Below are positions 50,581-61,646 of a stretch of 64,000 bases of DNA, piece by piece. The stretch spans positions 62,001-126,000 of the forward strand of contig JAMWBK010000006.1 in NCBI GenBank assembly GCA_029953675.1, given 5' to 3'. Numbering within the stretch: position 1 is the stretch's first letter; each line of letters opens with the position of its first letter. The notes beneath the pieces were generated by a model. It had not been told where the DNA came from and ran no database searches. It saw only the letters and a program-made list of their open reading frames with translations. The DNA is from Rhodosorus marinus CCMP1338 (taxonomy: Eukaryota; Plantae; Rhodophyta). The position numbers and the translations under genes are program-made.

Positions 50581-51148
50581 GTCTTTAAGGATTGGTTTTT
50601 AAAGATCGGGTTTTTCAGAGTATGGCGGCGAGAACCAGGGGGAGTGTAGCAGAACATGACGCGCGCCTGAAGGACTTCGCGCTATCTGGCCAACTGCAAA
50701 ACTTATATCTGGTCGCGTTCTGGTACTTAGGAAAAGGAGGGATCCAGTTAGCTCCTGAAATGGTGATGTGGTCATTTCCATCGATGTCTCTTTAGTAGAA
50801 GGTGTGACGGTGCATGGCGTGGTAAGTTTACGGTCGTGGTAAGTATACGGATTGAAGGGCTGCCGCACCATATCCACGCCATGCACCGTCACACCTTCTA
50901 CTAAAGAGACAACGATGGAAATGACCACATCACCATTTCAGGAGCTAACTGGATCCCTCCTTTTCCTAAGTACCAGAACGCGACCAGATATAAGTTTTGC
51001 AGTTGGCCAGATAGCGCGAAGTCCTTCAGGCGCGCGTCATGTTCTGCTACACTCCCCCTGGTTCTCGCCGCCATACTCTGAAAAACCCGATCTTTAAAAA
51101 CCAATCCTTAAAGAATAAACACTTCTCTCTCGGAATCGCACCAAGCAA
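50549..51148. repeat. 275-bp inverted repeat (fold-back) with 51-nt spacer
   Basis: Arms 50549-50822 and 50874-51148 are reverse complements with 3 differences. Confidence 0.93.
50846..51020 (+). pseudogene. copia RT C-terminal fragment
   Basis: YGLKGCRTISTP...PFQELTGSLLFLSTRTRPDISFAVGQIAR matches the copia PY.ELVGSL.YL...TRPDI.FAV..LAR motif. Confidence 0.88.
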
Positions 51149-51201
51149 TATCCTTAAGTTGCACCAAGCAACGTCTTAAATCGCACCGAGGGATGAGACC
51201 A

Positions 51202-53589
51202 TGTTGCGAATTGTCAAGGATTCCGGATCTGGTACGTCATATAGCGAATCTCCTTTGCGCATCAAGTTCACGGACACCTCTCTCTGGTTCCGTTGCTCCC
51301 TTTCAAGTCCGTTGACACTCATCTCCTTTGCAGGGAAAACGTTCTCAAACACCCGCCAGTGTCGTGATTCCCTGAATCCACCATTCGCGGGATCGTAGAT
51401 GCGTGCCACATGGGAATCTCGAACACACATGAGGATCCCCATGGCCGACCGGCTCTCCAAATTCCCCAGCTTTCCGGGTCCAGCTCGTTTGTAAGTGATT
51501 TCGCAGCCAAATGGGAATATCTCTCTCATTGCTGGTTTCTTCATGGTGACTGACTCACCGGGCTTTTTCCTCTTAGAAAACTCCGTGGCGTTCGGTTGAT
51601 GTTGTCAACCACCACTGGTAATGCCTCCGGCCACATGTTTTCCGGCAACCCGCTTCCAAACAGCGTCGCTCTAAGTCTCTCCTTGACTGTGCGGACCATG
51701 CGCTCCGCCATCCCGTTGCCAGACGGTGTATATGGCGCAGAGGGATCCCACCCAATGCCTAAGTCACGCAGTAGCGGCTTCATGCCTTTGTATTCCAGGG
51801 CGTTGTCGCTTTTCAGTTTCTTCACGTTCGCTCCGTGTTGCGTTTTCATAATCATAACGTGCTCCCGAAAAGCCCCATCTATCAAACTTCTATGCTCCAG
51901 GGGGTACGCCCCCAGCATTCCCGTCGCATCGTCCACAAAAATGCCGATATACTTCAGGCCTCCCCTTCCTTCTGGGTACGGTCCCGCTATATCACTGTGG
52001 ATGCACTCGCCATGCATCGTTGCCTTCCTGAGTGGTCCACTTCCACCCGTTGCGGTCATCTTGGCCTTTTCACAGCTGGTGCACTCGAACTTTTCTGGTA
52101 CTTTGTCGCTGACGCGAATCTCGCCGTTCTTTTCTAATTGCCTCACAGCTCCGGCACTAGGATGTCCTAGTCGCCTGTGCCAACCCATGGCATCCGTGTC
52201 TTCGTTGCTGCGGAACGATAGCGCTGCTGTCTTTGGTCGGCTGTCCCGGTTCATTTCCAAATCAGTATAAAGAAGACCAGACTTGGCGGTAGCTTTAAAA
52301 ACTTGGATACCGTCCTTTTCTATGATCAATGTTTTTCCATCTAAAGATCTAATGGAGAAACCGTTTTCCATTAATCTACTAAGACTGACTACATTCAATG
52401 AGCCGCCTGGAAGGTAGATAGTGTCCTTCAGCGACAACATATCTCCTTTTAGCGTCTTCAGATCGACCGTACCCATCTTGCCGAGTGTCTTCGTTGTCCC
52501 GTCCCCGAATGTGACGTCACTGTCAACCATCCTTGCGGGACCTGAGAATGCACTCTCCGAAGTGCAGATGTAATCCGTTGCCCCAGAGTTCAGCACGAAC
52601 CTCGCTGGAGCTCTGACCGCCGTCATTCCTGCGTGGAATCTTCGCGGTTCCGGCCTATTTTCCCCCTTGTCCTGTTCTTCAGGACAGTTGGCTCGGATGT
52701 GTCCGGGTTTCTTGCACCCGTAACACAGAAATCCCCTGGGGGTCTTCCTCTTCTTCTTCTTCTGCACCGTTGTGACGTGGTGCGCGCTGGAATCCGTTTT
52801 AGGCTTGAATTGCTTGGATCCTCGAAGTCGGTCCAGCTCCTCGAAGTCATTACAGAAGCCCGCCCAGTCTAAAGTTTTATCCTTCGCCGCGTAGAATAGG
52901 AACTCCGCGTACTCGTCGCCCCTCACCTCCAAAATCTTCCGGAGGACCCGACGTTTTTCTTCATCCGTGGGTGCCACGCCCGTTATCTCCCTGATCTCTG
53001 CAAACTGGGTTTGTAGCCAGTTCACCAGAGAGCGGGGCGACTCGTCGGTGTGCATCTCGCGCCGATACACCTTACCCCATACGCTGTCGGCCGTCTCGCG
53101 GGAGGAGGGCTCATATCTAGCCCGAAGCGCAGCCCATACTTGCTCTGGCGCTGCCTCTCTCGAAGAGGCAAAGGCTGTGTCCAGCGCCGGTCCATCCAGC
53201 ACTCTGGAGAACACCGCGGAGACATACTGTCTCTCCGCTTCCGTCGCGTCTATAGGGTTGTCGATTACATCCCTAAGACCTTTGACGGTCAGGTAGCACT
53301 CTACCTGGTGTCTCCAGTTCCGGAAGGATCGGAACGAATCCTGATCCCCGGTGAACACTGACGGTAGCGCGAAGTCCTTCAGGCGCGCGTCATGTTCTGC
53401 TACACTCCCCCTGGTCCTCGCCGCCATACTCTGAAAAACCCGATCTTTAAAAACCAATCCTTAAAGAATAAACACTTCTCTCTCGGAATCGCACCAAGCA
53501 ATATCCTTAAGTTGCACCAAGCAACGTCTTAAATCGCACCGAGCGATGAGACCATGTTGCTTGGTGCGATTCCGAGAGAGAAGTGTTTA
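51202..53589 (-). mobile_element. Ty1/copia retrotransposon 5' part (PBS, leader, gag-PR-integrase), truncated
   Basis: ATG at 53427. CCHC knuckle CYGCKKPGHIRANC; protease FVLNSGAT (Asp to Asn); WHRRLGHPS; integrase IHSDIAGP, FVDD, SDNALEY, ERMVRTV. A 1-bp frameshift near 51557 precedes KPAMREIFPFGC (SH3-like region). No normal LTR pair or TSD. Confidence 0.93.
53539..53554 (-). promoter_or_regulatory. copia primer binding site (tRNA-Tyr-like, inferred)
   Basis: Minus strand reads ...GCAACA then TGGTCTCATCGCTCGG, complementary to CCGAG-CGATGAG-A-CCA. Further copies at 50531-50546 and 51186-51201. Confidence 0.8.
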
Positions 53590-53894
53590 AACCGTTGGAC
53601 GCCTATTTACCGCCCTAGTGTATGCTCGTGATTTGATGGTAACCTCACCACAGCAGAGGCGCCTATCACGACAGACCAATTGGAAAGATGGGGTGGCTGC
53701 GGAAAAAGCCGAGCAGGAAAAGCGACAACATTATGCGGAAGTTCCCCGCTGGCTGCCGATTCGCGGGACGTGATCTTGGTCCCTTTCGTGATAGAGACGT
53801 ACGGAAGGCTGGGTAAGGCGGGGGTGGAAATCCTTCAGGCAGCGACTACCGTCATGATCGAGAAGAACATATATACCGCACGAGAGCGCAGATG
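53589..53894 (+). pseudogene. Non-LTR retrotransposon restriction-like endonuclease remnant (CRE-like), copy A
   Basis: KPLD...YARDLMVTSP...AAEKAEQEKRQHY...(frameshift)ILVPFVIETYGRLG matches the PD..D..EK RLE pattern. Confidence 0.75.
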
Positions 53895-54270
53895 AACAGG
53901 ATGTTTCTTTTAGATAGACTTTAGCTTTTGGATGAGGTCCCTGGACAGGGGGTTTGAGTATGCTTAGAGCGCCTTGAGTGAGTTTTTGTTGCGCCGTGGT
54001 AGGTAGCTGCCGAATAGAGGCTATAGGGTTGGGGGTTGAGCCTTGAGTTATCCATGAGTACTGGGCACCTACGGATGACAAGCGGGCCTGGGACATTGTC
54101 CCCACTGGCAGGCCAAATCGGCGATTCCAACTGGCTCTTCGAGGTTCTCAGGCCCCAACGCTTGGCCCAATGCGTGGGCAGATGCTTACCTCAATGACTG
54201 CTGGGAGGGGGGGGGGTGGGTTGGTTGCCGAGGGCGAGGAGCTCGTCTGCGCCGGGTCGTTGTGAACACT

Positions 54271-54306
54271 CTGTGTGTGTGTGTGTGTGTGTTTGTTTGT
54301 TTGTTT
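54271..54306. repeat. (GT)n/(GTTT)n microsatellite
   Basis: Directly visible. Confidence 0.9.
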
Positions 54307-54399
54307 ATGAAAGGATAGGAAGCGTTTCCAGGCTTTAGAGAGGTGGCTGTGCTGCTGCTGACGCGCGAACCTCATCGGAGATGCAGCTTCTCAAATGCA

Positions 54400-55222
54400 G
54401 CTTTCCAGATACTGGTTTCCCACGAGCACATTTCCGCTGAAGATCGGGCTAGAATTCGGTCCGCAGCTGGAGCCGGATCGGGAGTGTGGTCATGGGAAAT
54501 GCCGACGCTCGCGCCGAAAAATTGAGTTCAGCGGAACTGCAAGTGAATATACGACAGCCGTTGGGCTTGCGCTATACCCGGAATACGGACGTCGGCGACC
54601 TGTACTAGTTGTCGTAGTACTCATGGTACTAACGGCGTACAAAGGTTTAACCACTGCCCAACCTCGACGAGACTATGGCAGCGAAGGCACGACGAAATCT
54701 GTACGGAGCTGGCGCGATGGCTGAATCGATGGAATTTCATCGACATTACCCAACGTAACCGCGTACACTTTACTGAACCCCAGACTAACGTAAGCCCCGT
54801 AAACCCAAGAACCCGAGGCATACTTCGACAACTACCGATACGACCGGATATCACGGCCGCTCATCCAAGGGCGCTCCAACGGTATGCCCTGGATGTGACG
54901 GTTACGTCGCCACCGTAGGAGAAATACGTGAACCGGAGTGGGTCAGAGAATGGGTACGCAGCGAAACGAGCGGAGAGCTGGAAAATGGCATATTACAATT
55001 AGGGAATGTTGGTTGAGAGGCCAGACGACAAGTTCATTCCCATCGCGATCGAGAGCTTTGGGCGTACAGGGCAAAGGCGCCCAGGAATTTCCACGAGATA
55101 GCTGCAAGCACTTGTTGCACCGGAGTTTAGAGCTGAGCGATGTTCGGGCTCAGATGAACCGGAAACTTTGGCAAGGTAACGCAGAGATCGCGAATCCACT
55201 GGTTCCTGTTTTTTTCTTTTGA
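54400..55222 (+). pseudogene. Non-LTR retrotransposon 3' remnant (CRE-like: CCHC + RLE), copy B
   Basis: DRARIRSAAGAGSGVW; CTSC...HC zinc motif; RRHDEI; RPD at 54841; ALDVTVTSP; AAKRAESWK; FIPIAIESFGR; LWQGNA. Contains stops and frameshifts. Confidence 0.85.
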
Positions 55223-55330
55223 ACGTAGCATGAGACCCCGGTAGCGGGGTTACCGTAAGTTTTTCACTAAATAGTAGTAGAAATTGTGATGCGCTGCAGT
55301 AGGCAGCTGCCTAGTAAAGTTTACGGTTAC
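55221..55330. repeat. 110-bp dyad-rich dispersed repeat, copy 2 (abuts the CRE-like ORF stop)
   Basis: 100/110 identical to 10212-10321. Confidence 0.9.
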
Positions 55331-58300
55331 CCATTTCAATTGTGCTCTTCAAGATACTCCTACAGAAGCAGCACATCCTCATAATGAATTTCAGTACAAT
55401 AGTTCATTTGCAAATGGGCATTCCTTTATTCTCATTATGCGAATGAGCAACAATATATTGTATTACTATAGTTCTATAAAACTAGTGCTTTTGCATATGG
55501 AGCTCGGCCAACTTTTTCATGAATATATAAAATAAAATTTACACTGGGGCATACGCCTTATGCGCTAATAGACCTCAGAATGCGCCCCATTTTCACTGGT
55601 GGCCTTTCAGAGCTTTATCATGATCGAATTGTGCCAAGGTCCTTCAATGGGGCATGCTTATTGCCGCACTGCACTCGGGGCCCACCTTACATATGACGTT
55701 CTGTTCTCCCCCGGCCTCACTGCGCTGAGACGAGTATGGCCCAGTTTAGCACGAACCCAGCACCAAAAGAAGCACTGGATTCAACATGACTTTCATAGGA
55801 AGAACCTCGTGACAACTCTCAACGTGAGGAGCACACAGCGCTCAGGTCAGCACTTCAGTGTAGGTGCGATTTCCTGCGATGGTTCCCTGACTTCAAGGGC
55901 TGCTTTGGTACGACGCTGCTTCTTGAGTCAATGACTGAAATGCACTATTCCTTCAATAAACATGCAAGCGGAGCAGCGACGCAAAAACTTAAAAGTTTGG
56001 AACACTGAGGATGAAGCAATGAGAATCACAACGTTGAGCGGATTCCCTTGCGCTCATCTCACGTCTCCATTTCGTCCCTTTTGGAGTGGTAGAATGAATA
56101 TTGTTAAGCAACCTCACAAAAACGAGTTGGTTACACACCCCAACATTCGTTAGTGAATCTCAATATCCAATCGTACTTTCCAGATTGGGTCGAATTGAGC
56201 AGAGCCACCAGCACAGATCATGAATGGAACACATATTTTTGCGGAACGCTGGGTCTGGACTGCGTACAATGTCTGTGCCTGTGCAAGGCATGCGTTCTTC
56301 ATAACACAGTTCGGGTGAATGGCCGTGTTCGACCAAAGCTCGCCACGAGAATTCATCCGTTCGGTGCCAATTCTTTCTCCTCTAGCCTACAGCAGTCATC
56401 TCTGTTAATGGTAAACCAAACGTGCATCCATCGTGCAGCTTGCCAACAATTATTGCTGCGCTAAAGCTTTAGGTCTGACAAAGCACTTGAGATCATTGTA
56501 TATCAATCTCCAGGATGTCATCTCGTATGCCCCATATATAACACACAGGCAAAGACTGGCGAAAACATCGGATGGGCAGTACTAGCCCGTTGTCCAAGAA
56601 CTAGAAGAAACCGCAGCTAATCAGCCTGGAAAGATTGTCAAGTGCAAGCGACCCGAACTAGAAAAGTAGCTAGAAGCTCAAAACTCTAAATCTACGGGCG
56701 CCAATCGAAAACCATGAAAATGGGGAATATATATTTTTCAAGAAGAAAACATATTACGTGGATCAGGGAAATACACAATCTATATGTGGCTATGAACAAA
56801 CCCGAGACTGCATGTGGTGACTTTCTTGCTTTGATTTTGTTGGACGGGCAACAGATTTGGGGAGTTGGATAGATATAGCAGGCCATGTGGATCGCGGACC
56901 AAAGAGTACGAAAAGACCCAAAACGCTAGCGCTGAATTCCCCTTCCCAGAAACTTTGGTGATCCGCCTTCTCCACCAAAGGGCCACTATAGAATACGGTC
57001 TGGTTACACGGCCGAACGATCTCTTCAGTGAAAGCACATTTTCCGAGATGGCACACCTCCTACTGGAAGATTATTTTTTTTTGCACCGCAGCCTATATCG
57101 TGTAAACTCCTCCCAAGTCAATAGTAGCCCCTCTTTTTGGGGGGTTTGTTGGGCCGTTGGACTCCTGGCTTTTACTATTTCCAACACTCAAAGGGGGCCA
57201 CCCAATCCCTCCAATTTAGCATGCATTCTCAAATGAGCCGAGGAACGTCGTGACCACTCGAGCTCTACATGGCCTGTTCAAATGACTGAATTCAATCAGA
57301 TTCCTTCATCAATTTGGTCTTGGAAACACGGATAGAAGACTATCTTGCAGAGCAAACAGTTATATCGACTCAAGAAAGAAAACGTGGTTGGCATTTCGCG
57401 GATTGGGGGAAGGAAATTGGTGCCGTCCAACGGACTCCTAAGTAAAACTACAACATTCGGTATGGAAGTTCAAAAAAATAGAAGTTTCAACACCACAGAG
57501 AATAGATCACCAGCGATGAGTCAGATACTCACACGTGTCCATTTTCAAGCAAAGTTCCTATAACCAAGATGTTTTTCTTAAATTTATTCGGCACTAATGG
57601 AAAATTTTGAGGAGAAAAACCAAACCGTGCTCCTTTGCTTTGCTTAGTCAGAACTTTCCGTTTTCAAAGCATGTTTGTCAGCGAAAAATGAGGGGAATCA
57701 TTTCTTGTTGAAATGGGTCTTTTCGAAAACGGTGCCTTTCGATCACAAAAGGCCGCCTGGGAAGACACAAATCGTCTGTGAAAAAAAGAAATTGTAAGGA
57801 AATCTTCCGGCGTTTCAGAGATGCAAGAAAACATTCTCCCGTTTGTTCAATATTTTATAAGCGAATCAGCAATACATCCGTCCTTTCGGCTCCCGACTCT
57901 CAACCCCCCCCCCTTTAATTCTTAATTCGTGGCTTCCTTAAACTTGTTCTAGTGGTCCAGATCAGAATACCATTCAGATATACTCTGTGAATAATGCAGC
58001 CTAGAAACTGACCCATGGCGACAAAGGTGTATTTTTGGTAAAATTTGAGTAATACCTAAGGAAAGGCGGAACTGATTTACAACAAGATCTATCTTAATTA
58101 TGTAGCTCTTTAGGATACAATTTGCCCAGAATCTTCTATTTTCGTAATTCTCCGAAAGGACACCGCGCTCTATAGACTCTTGATGTTTTGAATAATATAT
58201 TAATTTTATTAGCATTATATCGTAAGCTATATGTATATCGATTTTAAAGTCATGAAGTGGGTGTATATAGAACGAAATTGCACAAATTTTACGACCTAGC

Positions 58301-58619
58301 CGAAGTTGCTGATGCGGAGCATGGGTAAAAAAAAGACGGCACAATCCCGAGGGGTGGAGGAGGGGGGTCTCCCTTTTTCTCCGAGTTGAGAAGTATCGAT
58401 CAGAGGAGCGGAGCGAATCGACTAGCTACAAGGTTTAGTCAAAGGTTTACATGTTCCGATTGCAGGTCAAGGAGTTAAGCAGACGCTGGCGATGGGTTCA
58501 GTATATGACGTCTGGTACGGACTCCGGACCATTCTGTTATAGGGGGAAGTGCTGTGTCCATGTGGCTGGTCGCATCGAGGCGGGAGTGTGACATACCGGC
58601 TGTTCTCTATTGAAAAAAG

Positions 58620-61600
58620 ATGGCTGAACGAGCGTTCACAATGAGCCTGAACTGGGTCTGGTTGTTCGCTCTGTTTTGCATCTGTGTCCGCGGGGAAGAT
58701 GCTGATCCAGACAAGTTTTACGCGCTCGACGGTGGGAAAGTGGTTAAAATTGGCGCTCAGGGAACGAATTACAGAGAAGTCCTCCAATTTGATTATGAAG
58801 TGGAGCCCACGAGCACGAAGTGCGGTAAGCAGGCACGAAGAAGGCTGCAGAGCATTCTGGACTCTCGTTCAGATTTGCAAGAAAGGCTGTCGAGTATATC
58901 AGACAAGAACTTGATCGAAACAGAGGACACCCAGACAATCGAGGATGACTTCGTCAAGCTCGAGATGGTCCGCGCCGGTTTCGTTAAGCCGGAACCTTGT
59001 GCAGACGGCGTATCGCTTGCTGAACTTGAAAAGTGCGAGGTTTTTGCGAGGGCCGGAGAGATCGCGGCAGAGTATCTGAAAGGGTGCATCTATGACGATG
59101 CACAACTTTCCGAGGAAGACAGCCTAAACGGTCTGAATGATCCTGGTGTCCAGTTGAATACTACTGCTAGGGTCATTGAGTCAAACGATTTTCCCTCAGG
59201 ATTCAAGTTGGGCACGTACGTTGCCGGTGTACGGGAGAACACTGACTTCCAGTTCGTTGACAATGACAAGATTCTTGTGCTGCGAAAGATCGGCTTGATC
59301 CTGCTCGTTTCCAAAGGCAAGATCATCAGCACGTTTGCTGATTTTCAGAGTATTGTCAACGACTACTTCGACCGAGGTGCGGTAGCACTCGTGCTTCACC
59401 CAAATTTCGAGAATAACAGGTTCGTTTACACGTACTTCACGTACGACCACGATCCCCGTCCAAGTCAATACGAGGGCATGAAGAGCTCTAGGCTTGTGCG
59501 GATGACGTCGAATGGAGCCTATACCAAAGCCGTAGGCGGTAGTAGGGTAACGATCCTTGGCAGCGTCAACGGCCCTGGCTGCAGCGTAGCAAACAATGCT
59601 GATTGCATTCCGAATGAGTCTCGGGGTCACCCGGGAGGGGGAGTTACTTTTCATAATGGCTACCTGTATGTTGCTACGGGAGATGCTTCGTGGTCAAGGC
59701 CGAATGCAGGAGGTCACCGAGCTCAGCAAATGGGACACATGATCGGCAAGGTGCTCCGCATCAACCCAATGAATGGCCAGGGACTTCCTGAAAATCCATT
59801 CTACAAGAAAGGAATGTCGTTGAAGAACATCAACTCCAAGATCTTTGCAGTCGGTGTCCGATCACCGTTTTCTTTGGAGGGTGGAAACAACAAGGATAAC
59901 CTGTGGCTGGGTGACGTGATGTGGCAGGAGGAAGAAAAGCTCACTGTCGTTTCGCCCGGGGCGAACATGGGATGGCCCTGCTACGAAGGAAACATTCAAA
60001 GGAAGGAATATCTGGTTTTCAAAGAGTGCAGAAATTTCAATAAGGCCACCCGCGTGAAGCCGGTGCTTACTTGGAATCGAGGCAAGTTCGGAACCGCCGC
60101 TGCGGTGTCTGGTCCGCAGATAAACATAAATGGATGGCCGCAGAGGTACCGGAATGTGCGATTGTATGGCGATATGGCCGCCCGTTGGATAGGTTTCTTG
60201 AAAATTGACCAAAACGACAACGTTGTGAAGGATATAGAGCGAATCGATGCAACCGGTAATCCTATCCGATTCCGTGTGGATCCGCGGAAGACTGCCCTCT
60301 ACGTCAGTGAAGTCAGGCAATCTCGCGTCCGGATTTACACGTACAAGAGAAATACTGAACCCCTCAGAATTAGTGCAAGCTCTCCGAAGAAGGATGAACG
60401 CGTGAACCCGAACGGTGTGGAGATCTCCGTGAAATTCACCAAGACAATCGAGCCGGCTTCTGTGCAGGGGAACGTGTTCCTACAAGGGCAAAGCGGCGCA
60501 AGGGTACCCGCGAGTGTGGGAGTTTTGTTCCAGCAGAGTACGGTTACGTTGAAACCGAACAGCAACTTGATGAAAGGCGAGAATTACGCTGTCATTGTCA
60601 AGTGCGGTAACAACTCGGGAGTGGTTGACCTGCACGGGGTCGGTTGCAAACAGGATTTGAGGATTGATTTCAGCACCAACGGTGGCGCAGGCCAAGACAA
60701 GAAGCCTCCGAGGGTGAGTTCAACGCTTCCAAAGGACGGGGCAAGGGGTGTAGCGCGAGCTGGCACGATCAAGGTTGTGTTTAACGAAGTGCTGAGGACC
60801 CCGGTGAGGTTAGCCGATGTACAACTGTTCTGGGAGGTAAACGACAACAACAAGGTTGAAATTTTCGGCAAGGCTTTAGAATTCGATAAACTGGCGAAAA
60901 CACTCGAGATTAGGCCAATTGAGCCCCTGGATGTCGGGGAGAACTATCGCGTTAAGTTGTCGAAGGCAATCACGGACGAAGCCGGAAATAGCATGGGGGC
61001 GAACTACAATTTCTTCTTTAAGACAAAGGGACCCGCCCCTGGATCCTTGAAGGGAGAAATCACGGTCCTGAACCCAGGCAAGGTGAATGGCTTCCCGGTG
61101 GTGACAGTGGGAGAGGACATTCGATGGCGGGGAACCATGCGTGTTCCCGGCACGAATGAAAACGTACCGGCCAGCGCAATCCGTTTTCAGTTTGAGATCT
61201 TGCATTGTAACTTCGGAGGTTCTGGGTGTCACAAGCACATTACAAGAAGATACGAGGGTATTCGAGCAGTGACATTGGAAGCCCCGGACCATGCCGACAG
61301 CTTTTACTATGAAATCATAATGTCTGCGAACTACAAGGGGACGTCAGGGTCGGTGAAGCAACGAGTTAACCTGAGGACTGTTAATGTACGGTTTGGTAGC
61401 AACCCAGGAGGTGCACCGATTTCCGTCAACGGCATAAGGAGAAAGGCGCCGTTCACCCTGCCTTTGGCGATCGGCTCAGTTAACGATATACTGACCCCCT
61501 TCAACCATAATGGCCGAACGTTTAGCAACTGGCACGCGAAACTTACAGCCACGAACAAGATCATTGCCATAGGAGGAGCCGAAAACCGGCAACGGGAAGT

Positions 61601-61646
61601 TCGTGGTCCGAACAAGGCACAAAGTTGGATAGCCGTGTATGCATGA
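58620..61646 (+). CDS. Secreted glucose/sorbosone (PQQ-type sugar) dehydrogenase with two SbsA-type Ig-like (Big_5) domains and a bacterial-type C-terminal region
   Basis: Intronless 1008-aa ORF; signal peptide from the second Met (58641). Propeller motifs ALVLHPNF..NRFVY, HPGGGVTFHNGYLYVATGD, GKVLRINP, PENPF, GVRSPF, LWLGDV and GANMGWPCYEG. Big_5-like PPRVSSTLPKDGARGV...IKVVFNE. Confidence 0.88.
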   Translation: MAERAFTMSLNWVWLFALFCICVRGEDADPDKFYALDGGKVVKIGAQGTNYREVLQFDYEVEPTSTKCGKQARRRLQSILDSRSDLQERLSSISDKNLIETEDTQTIEDDFVKLEMVRAGFVKPEPCADGVSLAELEKCEVFARAGEIAAEYLKGCIYDDAQLSEEDSLNGLNDPGVQLNTTARVIESNDFPSGFKLGTYVAGVRENTDFQFVDNDKILVLRKIGLILLVSKGKIISTFADFQSIVNDYFDRGAVALVLHPNFENNRFVYTYFTYDHDPRPSQYEGMKSSRLVRMTSNGAYTKAVGGSRVTILGSVNGPGCSVANNADCIPNESRGHPGGGVTFHNGYLYVATGDASWSRPNAGGHRAQQMGHMIGKVLRINPMNGQGLPENPFYKKGMSLKNINSKIFAVGVRSPFSLEGGNNKDNLWLGDVMWQEEEKLTVVSPGANMGWPCYEGNIQRKEYLVFKECRNFNKATRVKPVLTWNRGKFGTAAAVSGPQININGWPQRYRNVRLYGDMAARWIGFLKIDQNDNVVKDIERIDATGNPIRFRVDPRKTALYVSEVRQSRVRIYTYKRNTEPLRISASSPKKDERVNPNGVEISVKFTKTIEPASVQGNVFLQGQSGARVPASVGVLFQQSTVTLKPNSNLMKGENYAVIVKCGNNSGVVDLHGVGCKQDLRIDFSTNGGAGQDKKPPRVSSTLPKDGARGVARAGTIKVVFNEVLRTPVRLADVQLFWEVNDNNKVEIFGKALEFDKLAKTLEIRPIEPLDVGENYRVKLSKAITDEAGNSMGANYNFFFKTKGPAPGSLKGEITVLNPGKVNGFPVVTVGEDIRWRGTMRVPGTNENVPASAIRFQFEILHCNFGGSGCHKHITRRYEGIRAVTLEAPDHADSFYYEIIMSANYKGTSGSVKQRVNLRTVNVRFGSNPGGAPISVNGIRRKAPFTLPLAIGSVNDILTPFNHNGRTFSNWHAKLTATNKIIAIGGAENRQREVRGPNKAQSWIAVYA

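Noticed and set aside
50461-53589. Repeated cassettes as a CRISPR array
   Set aside because: No regular repeat-spacer periodicity, eukaryotic context, and the repeats are explained by copia leader/PBS copies.
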